From a virus (taxonomy: Duplodnaviria; Caudoviricetes): a stretch of 31,288 nt of DNA. The position numbers were made by a program, and so were the translations under genes. The notes under the pieces are model-generated. The model had not been told where the DNA came from and did no database searches. It saw only the letters and a program-made list of their open reading frames with translations. The DNA lies in the IMG/VR virus record IMGVR_UViG_3300038393_000083, positions 1 to 31,288 of that record. One strand, given 5' to 3'. Shown here piece after piece: positions 23,083-31,288 of the stretch; within the stretch, counting starts at the first letter, position 1; every line of letters starts with the position of its first letter.

Positions 23083-25353
23083 TTAAGCACTACAAGATAC
23101 ACACTCTTCAATTTCAAGTGATTTAGAGCGGACATAATAAACAGTTTTCATACCTAACCTCCACGCTTCGTAGTACAGGTTAAATATTTCGCGCATTGTT
23201 ATATTCTCAGGATCGACGTAAAGATTAAATGATTGCGACTGGTCAATGTATCTTTGTCTTACAGCAGCAGCGCGAATAGAATACATTTGGTCAACTTTAT
23301 GCGCTTCTGTATAGAACCAAAATGTCTGAGGGCTTAAGTCCGGAGCCGTTTGCGGTATCGTCATGCCTTTCTTTTCTTCGAGCCAGTACTTGTCTTGCAC
23401 CGGGTCGTTACATGCGGACGTATTACCGTAGATACTAGAGCTTCCGTTTGGAGCTGGTGCCATCATGTAGGAATTACGTACGCCGTACTTAGCACATTCT
23501 TTACGCAACCAATCCCAAATCAATCCGCCAGTATAGCTTCGTAGTCCTCTTTTTTCGAAGTATGCGCCAGTTTCCCAATCGCTTCCTTCGCTTGCGGGAC
23601 ATTTACCGCGTTCTTTAGCGAGTTCCATTGATGCTTTGATTGCGAAAAAGCTCCACTTTTCAAACCATCTATTCGCCCATTCCAAATGCTCTTCGGATTC
23701 CCATTTAATCCCTTGTAGTGCTAACGCATGATGGTAGCCCATCGAACCGAGTCCGACAGCACGGTATTTCTTATTCGTTACCTTGGCGAGTGCCAATGGA
23801 TAATCGTTTAGATCGATACTCGCGTCCATTGCTCGCATTTGAGCCGTAACGACTTCTTCTAACTCTCTGTCGGTAAGATTTCGTGAGATTACCGTTGAAG
23901 AAAGATTACAAACTACGAAATCAGAGTATTCAATGTCATGCGTATCGATTTCTAATCCGTCAGGTAACGTTACTTTCTTCGGAACAAACTTCGTTTCTGA
24001 CATGTTCTGTGCGATTTCTGTACAAAGATTAGTCGAGTAAATCATTCCGCTATTATTGCAAGGATTTAAGCGGTTAACGGTATCCCGGTTAAAGATGAAT
24101 GGCCCGCCAGTTTCTAGAAGGGAAGTAATGACGAGTTTAACGATGTCCTTAATTTTCACTTCAATACGTCTGAGACGTTTGTTTTCGATACATTGGCGAT
24201 ACTTCTCTTTCCATTCTTCGTCGTAGCTATCTTCAAGCCTAAAGCCCATCTCCTGATCGATTTCATACGGACAGAATAAGTACCACGTCTGCTCCATGTC
24301 ATCCCCGGCCATCTTCCAGAACAAGTCCGGTACGCAGATACCTTGGAAAATGTTATGTGCTTTTAGCCGGTCGTCACCACTATTCGTCTTCATCTTCAAG
24401 AACTCTAACAAATCAATGTGGCTCATATCGATCCATTCAGTGACTGACGCATTACGTGTTCCAAGTTGGTCGATATATGTGGAAGTATCGTCATCCAATT
24501 TGATACCAGGAACTACGCCTTTACTAGCGTTTTTAATTCCACGGACTGACGATCCACGACCGCGAACCTTTCCCCAATACTTACCCATTCCGCCACCGTT
24601 CTTGCTGACTTCTGCGAAGTTATCAAGCGATGCGTAAATACCTTTGCGTGAATCCGGTACCGTATCGATAAAGCAGCTCGATAATTGGTGATGGACTTTC
24701 CTTGCCCCGCTCATTGTCGGAGTAGCAAACGTAAACCGGAGTGTAGATGATAAATCGTAATACTTTTTCGCCCATTTCATCTTATCTTCTGTCGTTTTCT
24801 CAACCGAAGCTAAGTGCATAGATACGCCCATGAACATCTCTTGCGGTAATTCGTAAATCTCTTTATCTGCTCCACGGATAACATAGCGGTCTAGCAAAAG
24901 TTTCAATCCGCTATAGTTCAAAAGATAATCACGTTCCGGTTTGATATATCGGCCAAGCTCGTCGATCTCTTCTTTCGTGTAACTCTGAAGCATATACGCT
25001 CCGTATAGTCCTTTATTCGTTAACTCAACGATTAAATCGAAGAAGTCTCCGTATCCGAAGTGGTTATACGCTCTGTTAATCGCTGCCTCTTTGTATGCGT
25101 CATATGCCAGGAGCCTACTCGCTACGAATTGCCAATCCGGTTCGCTGATAGACGTCAACTCAATCGCAGTTTGTACGAGAGTGCGCTGGATTTGACGAGT
25201 TGTCATTCCGTCTTTTAACTGCATCTCTACTTCTTTAATGAGTCGGGCTGCGCTGTAACCTTCGTACCCCTCGCAGGCAAACTCTGCAACCTTTCGCAGT
25301 TTATCTAAATTAAGCGATGTTTCTACTCCGTTACGCTTAATGATTGTCGTCAT
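23083..25353 (-). CDS. nrdA: Class Ia ribonucleotide reductase alpha subunit with ATP cone
   Basis: IIKRNG ATP cone, ATPT, LSSCF, TNLCTEI, VCNL, KTVYYVR and C-terminal CVSCSA. Confidence 0.97.
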   Translation of the reverse strand: MTTIIKRNGVETSLNLDKLRKVAEFACEGYEGYSAARLIKEVEMQLKDGMTTRQIQRTLVQTAIELTSISEPDWQFVASRLLAYDAYKEAAINRAYNHFGYGDFFDLIVELTNKGLYGAYMLQSYTKEEIDELGRYIKPERDYLLNYSGLKLLLDRYVIRGADKEIYELPQEMFMGVSMHLASVEKTTEDKMKWAKKYYDLSSTLRFTFATPTMSGARKVHHQLSSCFIDTVPDSRKGIYASLDNFAEVSKNGGGMGKYWGKVRGRGSSVRGIKNASKGVVPGIKLDDDTSTYIDQLGTRNASVTEWIDMSHIDLLEFLKMKTNSGDDRLKAHNIFQGICVPDLFWKMAGDDMEQTWYLFCPYEIDQEMGFRLEDSYDEEWKEKYRQCIENKRLRRIEVKIKDIVKLVITSLLETGGPFIFNRDTVNRLNPCNNSGMIYSTNLCTEIAQNMSETKFVPKKVTLPDGLEIDTHDIEYSDFVVCNLSSTVISRNLTDRELEEVVTAQMRAMDASIDLNDYPLALAKVTNKKYRAVGLGSMGYHHALALQGIKWESEEHLEWANRWFEKWSFFAIKASMELAKERGKCPASEGSDWETGAYFEKRGLRSYTGGLIWDWLRKECAKYGVRNSYMMAPAPNGSSSIYGNTSACNDPVQDKYWLEEKKGMTIPQTAPDLSPQTFWFYTEAHKVDQMYSIRAAAVRQRYIDQSQSFNLYVDPENITMREIFNLYYEAWRLGMKTVYYVRSKSLEIEECVSCSA

Positions 25354-25519
25354 TCAATTCCTCCTGGTCTATTAGCGCTCTTGTCGCTAGGATTGCGTTA
25401 CCGTATCGTTCTAATTCTTGTCTTTCAGACTCAAGCTCACGTTCTAAGCGGTTGATATTGCGCTCGATTTCACGGTAAGTCCGTTCCTGCTCCTTCAAAA
25501 TTAGCTTGTTTACGCTCAT
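25337..25519 (-). CDS. Small coiled-coil hypothetical protein
   Basis: 60 aa; overlaps both neighbours in operon fashion. Confidence 0.65.
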   Translation of the reverse strand: MSVNKLILKEQERTYREIERNINRLERELESERQELERYGNAILATRALIDQEELNDDNH

Positions 25520-26022
25520 GCGGGAATCATCCCCTCTCGGATTAGATATACGAGTGTTACCGCAATCGCATCCGCCTCATCTCCGCCTTTGTTAAGCTTC
25601 AATTCCGGATCTCCGAAATATTTCCGCACAGCTTCAGCAATCATTTCCTTATCCTTTCGTTTACCGTCCGACCCCGTAACCTTACGCGCCCACGCCTTTA
25701 CCGTTTGAATATTGACGTCAGCAATTTCGTAATCTGCCAGTGAGAACTCGGTCACTCCATGCGCTTTAAATATTTGACGAGTGGGTAAGTTATGGCGGAC
25801 GATGCCTTCCTCACGTGGAATAGTTCGCTCAATTTCCGGATACCTTGCGATTATTTTCAGGATACCTGCGTGAATTTGGCGCAATCGTTCACCGTCTGAC
25901 AGCTTCGAATCTGATTTAATTAGGCCGTAACCGGTAAGGTAGGCGGTGCGTTTAGAAACGGTAATTACCGCCCAACCGCTCTTTGTTAATGACGTGTCGA
26001 GTCCGAGATAACGTTTATCTAT
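25516..26022 (-). CDS. ruvC: RuvC-like Holliday junction resolvase
   Basis: [25 protein letters not shown] and DEADAIAV motifs. Start inferred at ATA 26022 behind GGAGGT. Confidence 0.88.
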   Translation of the reverse strand: MDKRYLGLDTSLTKSGWAVITVSKRTAYLTGYGLIKSDSKLSDGERLRQIHAGILKIIARYPEIERTIPREEGIVRHNLPTRQIFKAHGVTEFSLADYEIADVNIQTVKAWARKVTGSDGKRKDKEMIAEAVRKYFGDPELKLNKGGDEADAIAVTLVYLIREGMIPA

Positions 26023-26329
26023 ATTCCTCGACCTCCAGTAATTTTGTTTCATCAAACGGATCAAAAGTAATTTTTGCAGGACAACACTGCACTTTTCCGT
26101 TCCTAAAATATTTAATCCAAAGGTCACCAGCTTCTTCGCCTTCACCGCTTAGTTTAAACAGAACAAAAGGGAGTTTTTTAGATACATCAATCATTTCCTT
26201 CTCATGCTTATACCATTTGCACGGCTCACCGCTCTCAAATAAGTACTCGTAGTCGTAAATTAACTCTTCTAACTTTCCCGTGTGAACTGGCGGAGTACAT
26301 TCCAATTTAAAGTACGTATAATAACCCAC
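26015..26329 (-). CDS. Hypothetical phage protein
   Basis: 104 aa; GGAGGTG RBS; coupled to the upstream gene. Confidence 0.75.
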   Translation of the reverse strand: MGYYTYFKLECTPPVHTGKLEELIYDYEYLFESGEPCKWYKHEKEMIDVSKKLPFVLFKLSGEGEEAGDLWIKYFRNGKVQCCPAKITFDPFDETKLLEVEEYR

Positions 26330-27426
26330 TATTCAAACACCTCCAGATATTGCATGAGCTTTTTATGATCGGATTTACCGGCCAAGTTGCTATTTGCGTA
26401 ATTTCGTTCAATACTTCGCAATTCTTCTAAGTTCTCCGCAGTAATTGAAGAATGGCAATGTCCACCAAAGTAAGGACAGAATCCGCATTGCTGAACGCAA
26501 TCAACGGTTACTTTTGGTTGTTCGCCTTCGTAAACCATTCGTGCTTGCTTCGCTAGATCCGCAAGTAACTTTTCCTGCATATCGTCCGTAATGTTAAAGT
26601 AAAATGGGCGAATATCTGCGAGTGGCTTTCCGTCAGCCCATGTCTTCTGGCCTTTCGTAACGGACGATTTATATTCATCTCCGAACCAGTCCGGCTTTTG
26701 CGTAGACTCGTAAAGGATTATTCCTTCGCGAATGCCGAATATTAGTGATTCTGCCGTTACCTGGCGCAAGTGTCCTTCGTCCGGTCCTTTGAAATCGAGT
26801 TTCGAGTTCATTGATCGAATGCCGGTTGCTTTTGTTTTGTATTCGAACAGTAGAGCTTTTGACTTTTCTTCTCCTCTGTACGATAGTATCCCGTCTGGTT
26901 TTGCTGTTATGGCAAACTTTACACCGTTATACTCAAATACTTTTCTCATTTGAGCAGCGTCCTCAAACGCATACTCCTTTTCTCCGCCAGTTACTTGGAC
27001 ATTAGCAATAACAAACTTCGCCTTATCTCCTAGCACTTTCGGCATATGAATCATATCCAACTGTAGGTATTCGATAACGGCGCTGCCAATCCGCCGCTGA
27101 CGCCCTCTAAACGGTAAGTCGTCCGACTTCGGAGCCTTTACCTGTTGATTACGGAAGAATACTTCTAAATCACATTTATCGGTACCTGACGCGCCAAACG
27201 TTACGAGTCCGTCATTCGGGTAAGGATTCCACTTCAGATAGCGTAGCTTCTGCTCGTAAAATGAGCGGGCAATTCGGTTATCATGGAATCCGGAAGCAGG
27301 AGACGCATAAAAAGCGTTCAACTGTTCGAGAAACTCTTGCTCAATGCGCTCTCCTCGATCCATTGCGTTTGATTCTGCGATTTGCTGGCGTAGTGCTTGC
27401 GCTCCTACTTTTGAAAATAAACTCAA
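26329..27426 (-). CDS. PD-(D/E)XK (Cas4/RecB-like) exonuclease
   Basis: KPDGIL...LFEYKT, Q motif (HLRQV), C-terminal CGFCPY...C plus an N-terminal Cys. Confidence 0.75.
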   Translation of the reverse strand: MSLFSKVGAQALRQQIAESNAMDRGERIEQEFLEQLNAFYASPASGFHDNRIARSFYEQKLRYLKWNPYPNDGLVTFGASGTDKCDLEVFFRNQQVKAPKSDDLPFRGRQRRIGSAVIEYLQLDMIHMPKVLGDKAKFVIANVQVTGGEKEYAFEDAAQMRKVFEYNGVKFAITAKPDGILSYRGEEKSKALLFEYKTKATGIRSMNSKLDFKGPDEGHLRQVTAESLIFGIREGIILYESTQKPDWFGDEYKSSVTKGQKTWADGKPLADIRPFYFNITDDMQEKLLADLAKQARMVYEGEQPKVTVDCVQQCGFCPYFGGHCHSSITAENLEELRSIERNYANSNLAGKSDHKKLMQYLEVFE

Positions 27427-27437
27427 TCAATCGCCTC

Positions 27438-27707
27438 CTAGTAATTACATGGTCTTCCGACTGGCTCTTGTGGAACTGGCATATTTTCTCTTATTGAATA
27501 CATTTCACGTTCGTATGAATCATAATCAGGTATTGCCTTTTCGATAACTGTTTCGGATACCATTACTTTATACCCTTCGTGAACAAGTCCGCGAAGTACT
27601 TGCTCCGCATTATGGTCACGGGCCATCTTAAACTTAGCGAGAACTACCAAATTTTCATCCATAACTTCAACGATAAATCCACGGCCTTTGTATATTCTCA
27701 TTTTCAT
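27438..27707 (-). CDS. Hypothetical protein
   Basis: 89 aa; AAGGAGG RBS and TAATG overlap. Confidence 0.7.
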   Translation of the reverse strand: MKMRIYKGRGFIVEVMDENLVVLAKFKMARDHNAEQVLRGLVHEGYKVMVSETVIEKAIPDYDSYEREMYSIRENMPVPQEPVGRPCNY

Positions 27708-28021
27708 TACAACTCGCCCTCCTTTAGACGATTCATAATGGGCATAATCTTTGGTATGCTGGTACCACTTGCGATAACACCCCCGTTTTTTATCGCTAAT
27801 ACTGTCGGTACGCCCATCACGCCGTATTGCGCTGCCAGCCCCGGTTCTTCATCCACGTTAACCTTTACGAAAACTACATCCGCAATTTCTTCAGACATCC
27901 CCTCGTACATAGGAGCGAAGATTTTACATGGTCCGCAATGCGTACCGTAAAAATCAACGAGTACAATCGGATTCTCCTCGATAAGCTTCGTTAGCGCTGC
28001 GCCATTTACCTCAATAACCAT
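27707..28021 (-). CDS. trxA: Thioredoxin
   Basis: VLVDFYGTHCGPCK, KVNVDE and GVPT motifs; start at MVIEVN (28021). Confidence 0.92.
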   Translation of the reverse strand: MVIEVNGAALTKLIEENPIVLVDFYGTHCGPCKIFAPMYEGMSEEIADVVFVKVNVDEEPGLAAQYGVMGVPTVLAIKNGGVIASGTSIPKIMPIMNRLKEGEL

Positions 28022-28299
28022 TAAACAGCCACCCACCTTGTAACAGTAATTTCTTTCTTAACTACTTCGGTAATATCGGCGTCTCCGTATTCTTCGTAGT
28101 GCCATTCGGTAAAAGGAGAGCCAGAACGCATAATGTACGAACTGTAAAACCTTTCTCCATCAGTAAAGATTATTTCTGCGTTTTGATACTTTCCGTCCTG
28201 TTCAAACTCTCCTTCCTCTACGACTTTTAGCGTAATTCCTTCGTGTTCAATCTCACCTTCAAAGAATAGCTGAATAATATCACTCTGTTTGAGTTTCAT
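28021..28299 (-). CDS. Acidic hypothetical protein
   Basis: 92 aa; AGGAGTGG RBS. Confidence 0.75.
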   Translation of the reverse strand: MKLKQSDIIQLFFEGEIEHEGITLKVVEEGEFEQDGKYQNAEIIFTDGERFYSSYIMRSGSPFTEWHYEEYGDADITEVVKKEITVTRWVAV

Positions 28300-28309
28300 T
28301 TGACCACTC

Positions 28310-28609
28310 CTATCGGAATATTAATCGTTTCAACGTTTCTGCGGCGCCAACATAGAACGGAATCGGTACCGTTGGCAAGTCAACCTCCCGCTCTTTTACG
28401 GTTTCTACTGGATGCGGTTTATTCGCTATCACCGCAATTTCACCGATCCATTTATCCTGGTTAATATCGTGCTTGCGAATGGCTTCGATTTGCTTTTCAA
28501 TGGCGAATATCTGAGCATCTACTTTTCGTTGATAATCGAGTAGCTCGGAATATAACCAGGTAAAAGCTGCGATTGCTAATGCGATAAGAATGATATTGCG
28601 TTTCTTCAT
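28310..28609 (-). CDS. Membrane-anchored hypothetical protein
   Basis: MKKR plus hydrophobic stretch; AAGGAGG RBS. Confidence 0.75.
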   Translation of the reverse strand: MKKRNIILIALAIAAFTWLYSELLDYQRKVDAQIFAIEKQIEAIRKHDINQDKWIGEIAVIANKPHPVETVKEREVDLPTVPIPFYVGAAETLKRLIFR

Positions 28610-28681
28610 TCGATCGCCTCCTTTAGTCGGAGAGGCGCCAACCCCTCCGCTATGTTAATCGTTCAACGCTTGCCAATTGCG

Positions 28682-29671
28682 CTAAACGGCTAGTACCTGC
28701 TGTTCTTCTGATTGTGCTTCTTGCGTTGCCATCTGCAAGTTTTTAACGGCAGTCTTGTAATAACTATCCTTCAACTCCACACCAACAAATCGGCGGCCCA
28801 TCTTAATCGATTGATAGCCTTCGGAGCCGATTCCAGCAAACGGACTGAATACGATGTCTCCCGGATTACTCCAAAGCTCTACACCTCGAGCGATTACATC
28901 TAATTGAAGCGGGCAGATATGCTTCTCATCTTTCTCTTCGCGGGCTGATCGATATTGAAGAGTATTAGAAGGATTAATGTCCATCCATACTGGAGAAGCG
29001 TATTTTTGCCATACGTATACGGATCTCCACATTTCAAACGGCCATGGTTCTTTTCCTTTAGCACGATGCTCTGCAGCTTGTTTTTCGTAAGCTTCGCGTG
29101 ATACGTCTAACCCTTCGCCAACAAACTCTTCGAACTCTCCGCTGATTGGCTCTTCATTAACGCCTGGTTTACGTAATGTTACTAAGTAATCCGGAATACC
29201 CTGGCGGCTCATAGCGCTGTCTTTGACGATCTGCTTATGGAGCAATCCAAGTGCCTTCGTACGTTGCTGAGCTACCACGGGATCTTTCCAGATACATACT
29301 TCGGAGTGGTAAATCCAACCTTCATCCTCAAACGCCTTGATGATTTCGCCTCGGAAGTCGCGGATACCGATATAACCGTGATGCGTCTTACTAGTCGGCA
29401 AGTTCATGCAATGGATCGATACCAAGCGCCCTGGCATGATAATCCGGTATAATTCCTTAATTAGATAACGGAAGTGTTCGAAGAACTCTCCGTCTCCTTT
29501 GCAGTTTCCCATATCGCGATCACTGTTGGAATACGTGTATAAGGATGCGAAAGGAGGCGAGAAAATGGAGTAATGAACGCTGTTATCCGGGATACCTTTC
29601 GTTACCTCGACGCAATCTCCGTTATAAAGAGCAAAGTTATTTTCGATAGCTTGATTTAACGTTTTTACCAT
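28682..29671 (-). CDS. Beta-class amino (N4-C/N6-A) DNA methyltransferase
   Basis: GDC, motif IV FSPPF, HICP, then motif I SPFAGIGS (catalytic motif before the SAM-binding motif). Confidence 0.92.
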   Translation of the reverse strand: MVKTLNQAIENNFALYNGDCVEVTKGIPDNSVHYSIFSPPFASLYTYSNSDRDMGNCKGDGEFFEHFRYLIKELYRIIMPGRLVSIHCMNLPTSKTHHGYIGIRDFRGEIIKAFEDEGWIYHSEVCIWKDPVVAQQRTKALGLLHKQIVKDSAMSRQGIPDYLVTLRKPGVNEEPISGEFEEFVGEGLDVSREAYEKQAAEHRAKGKEPWPFEMWRSVYVWQKYASPVWMDINPSNTLQYRSAREEKDEKHICPLQLDVIARGVELWSNPGDIVFSPFAGIGSEGYQSIKMGRRFVGVELKDSYYKTAVKNLQMATQEAQSEEQQVLAV

Positions 29672-29723
29672 TCAGCAGCACCTCGTATAATTTATTTTTT
29701 AATATCGTGATAACTCGTTATAT

Positions 29724-31112
29724 TTACGCAAATTGTTCGATAGAGAATGTCTCAGACACTAACCAAGCAGGAATAATAATCGGTGTTTCCGGTTCGTATA
29801 CCGTCTCATCACGCTCCGCTGATCGAATTGATTCGGACGTTATCTCTTTCGTATACTGCACCATTTCGCTAACCATTTTCTTGAAGTCAGCCTCTTTGCG
29901 CTTGATATTCTCGGCGGTTGCACCCTCTCGGCTTGAAGTAATCATATGAACGTTTACCGGTTTTGTCTGTCCGAAGCGGTAGCAACGACGTATTGCTTGG
30001 AATACTTGCTCGAAGCTATCGGATAAGCCTACGAAAGCCATATCAGCGCAGTGTTGCCAATTCATCCCGAATCCTGCAATTGACGGCTTCGTAACAAGTA
30101 CTCGAATCTTACCGGCTGCGAAATCTAGAATTGCCTTTTCTTTATGCGCTGGCTTATCGCTACCCTTAACCTCTACAGCATCCGGTATTAGCTTCTTAAG
30201 CATAGCGGACTCGTCATTCAAATCGCACCATACAAGGAACGGCTGATCGGATGCATTTACGATTTCAGCGGCAGCCTTTACGCGATCCTCTATAGTTTCA
30301 CGGCGGGCCTTCTGACGTTGCGATAACGTATTCCCGACTTCTCCTTCGACTTCAATCACGAAGTCATTAATCGTTAGTGGAGGAAGATCATAGCCGTCAT
30401 CCGCGTATCCTAAATCGGATGGCTTCTCCAAAACTACGCCCCAACTCGCTACCCATTGCCAGAAGTCGTCTTCTGCGTGGCCCTTCAAGCGCCACTTACT
30501 CGTATCTCCGCCATCGTGAACGAAGAACATCGATAACATCTCAGTCCGGTTCATTACTCCCAAGAACTCCGCATGATTCCCTATCTCCATAAAATCGTTA
30601 GGAGCTGGCGTTGCTGTACATGCTAAACGGAATGGAGTATTCGCAAATGATTCGATTAGTTCAGTACGTACTTTTCCGGTAAATGACTTTAAGATGGATG
30701 ATTCATCTAGCACTACACCTTCGAATGTTCCTGCGTCAAAATGTTTTAACATTTCATAGTTCGTAATATTTAATCCTGGCTTAACATCCTCTTGACTACG
30801 GCATAAATTAATTTTGTATCCAAGTGCTTCTCCTTCTCGTACCGTTTGGGAAGCTACCGCTAACGGAGCTAGTAGAAGCACATTTCCTCCTGTTTTTCGA
30901 CGGACGTTCCTAGCCCATTCAATCTGCATCCGCGTCTTACCTAGTCCAGTACCCGCAAATACCGCTGCTCTCCCTCTTCGTAAAGCCCATCGGACAATAT
31001 CTTTCTGAAAATCAAATAGACTTTCATGTAATGTTGCGCGGTTAATTGTGAATCCTGTAGGCGGCATCGTTGCCCGTTTACCCTCGATAAAAGCTTCGTA
31101 ATTCAATGTCAT
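29724..31112 (-). CDS. SNF2-like SF2 helicase/ATPase
   Basis: GTGLGKT, LDESS, TATPAPN, FGMNWQ and QAIRRCYRFGQ motifs; start reassigned to MTLNYE (31112). Confidence 0.92.
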   Translation of the reverse strand: MTLNYEAFIEGKRATMPPTGFTINRATLHESLFDFQKDIVRWALRRGRAAVFAGTGLGKTRMQIEWARNVRRKTGGNVLLLAPLAVASQTVREGEALGYKINLCRSQEDVKPGLNITNYEMLKHFDAGTFEGVVLDESSILKSFTGKVRTELIESFANTPFRLACTATPAPNDFMEIGNHAEFLGVMNRTEMLSMFFVHDGGDTSKWRLKGHAEDDFWQWVASWGVVLEKPSDLGYADDGYDLPPLTINDFVIEVEGEVGNTLSQRQKARRETIEDRVKAAAEIVNASDQPFLVWCDLNDESAMLKKLIPDAVEVKGSDKPAHKEKAILDFAAGKIRVLVTKPSIAGFGMNWQHCADMAFVGLSDSFEQVFQAIRRCYRFGQTKPVNVHMITSSREGATAENIKRKEADFKKMVSEMVQYTKEITSESIRSAERDETVYEPETPIIIPAWLVSETFSIEQFA

Positions 31113-31288
31113 TAAGCCACCTCTTTCGGTCTTTGTAATGTAAAGTCCCAATCTTCCGGACTTATTTCGTTCATCCAGCAAGTTTCGATTACCGTGTCGC
31201 ATTCTAACGGACATTCAAGCGTAATGGTATTCGTCATAATGTCGTTAACTAGTTCGATGGTTTCGGGTGTAAACTGTTCGAGTGGTAC
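31112..31288 (-). CDS. C-terminus of a probable family A DNA polymerase (partial)
   Basis: VPLEQFTPETIELVNDIMTNTITLECPLECDTVIETCWMNEISPEDWDFTLQRPKEVA* resembles the Pol A end (IM...L.VPL..D...W); its stop overlaps the helicase ATG. Confidence 0.6.
   Translation of the reverse strand, partial: VPLEQFTPETIELVNDIMTNTITLECPLECDTVIETCWMNEISPEDWDFTLQRPKEVA

Noticed and set aside
22034-25353. Introns or inteins in nrdA/nrdB, or a metal-free class Ie beta subunit
   Set aside because: Both ORFs are continuous and of normal length; the metal ligands and radical Tyr are present.

Overview
Internal 31 kb segment of a tailed phage or prophage of a Bacillales-type host (SigA-type promoters, GGAGG ribosome-binding sites, a LexA/Cheo box). 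Almost all genes lie on the minus strand. In transcription order (right to left): end of a family A DNA polymerase, SNF2-like helicase and DNA methyltransferase; thioredoxin, PD-(D/E)XK nuclease, RuvC, class Ia ribonucleotide reductase, PhoH, dUTPase, a divergent ThyX, a 3D-domain protein and a dNMP kinase; a sigma-region-4-like regulator; a non-coding region with repeated motifs, a ~290-nt highly structured segment and tRNA-Thr(UGU); a RepL-like gene with iteron-like repeats; putative TerS; an oppositely oriented small tyrosine recombinase flanked by two related 31-bp palindromes; TerL, portal, minor capsid, scaffold, major capsid, neck proteins, PBSX-like contractile tail sheath and tube, a tail chaperone with a -1 frameshift, and the start of the tape measure gene. 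The most notable unexplained signals are the structured RNA candidate before the tRNA, the recombinase/replicon/repeat block inserted in the packaging module, and three genes apparently starting at ATC, ATT and ATA. All product calls rest on recalled motifs and gene order; no database search was run.
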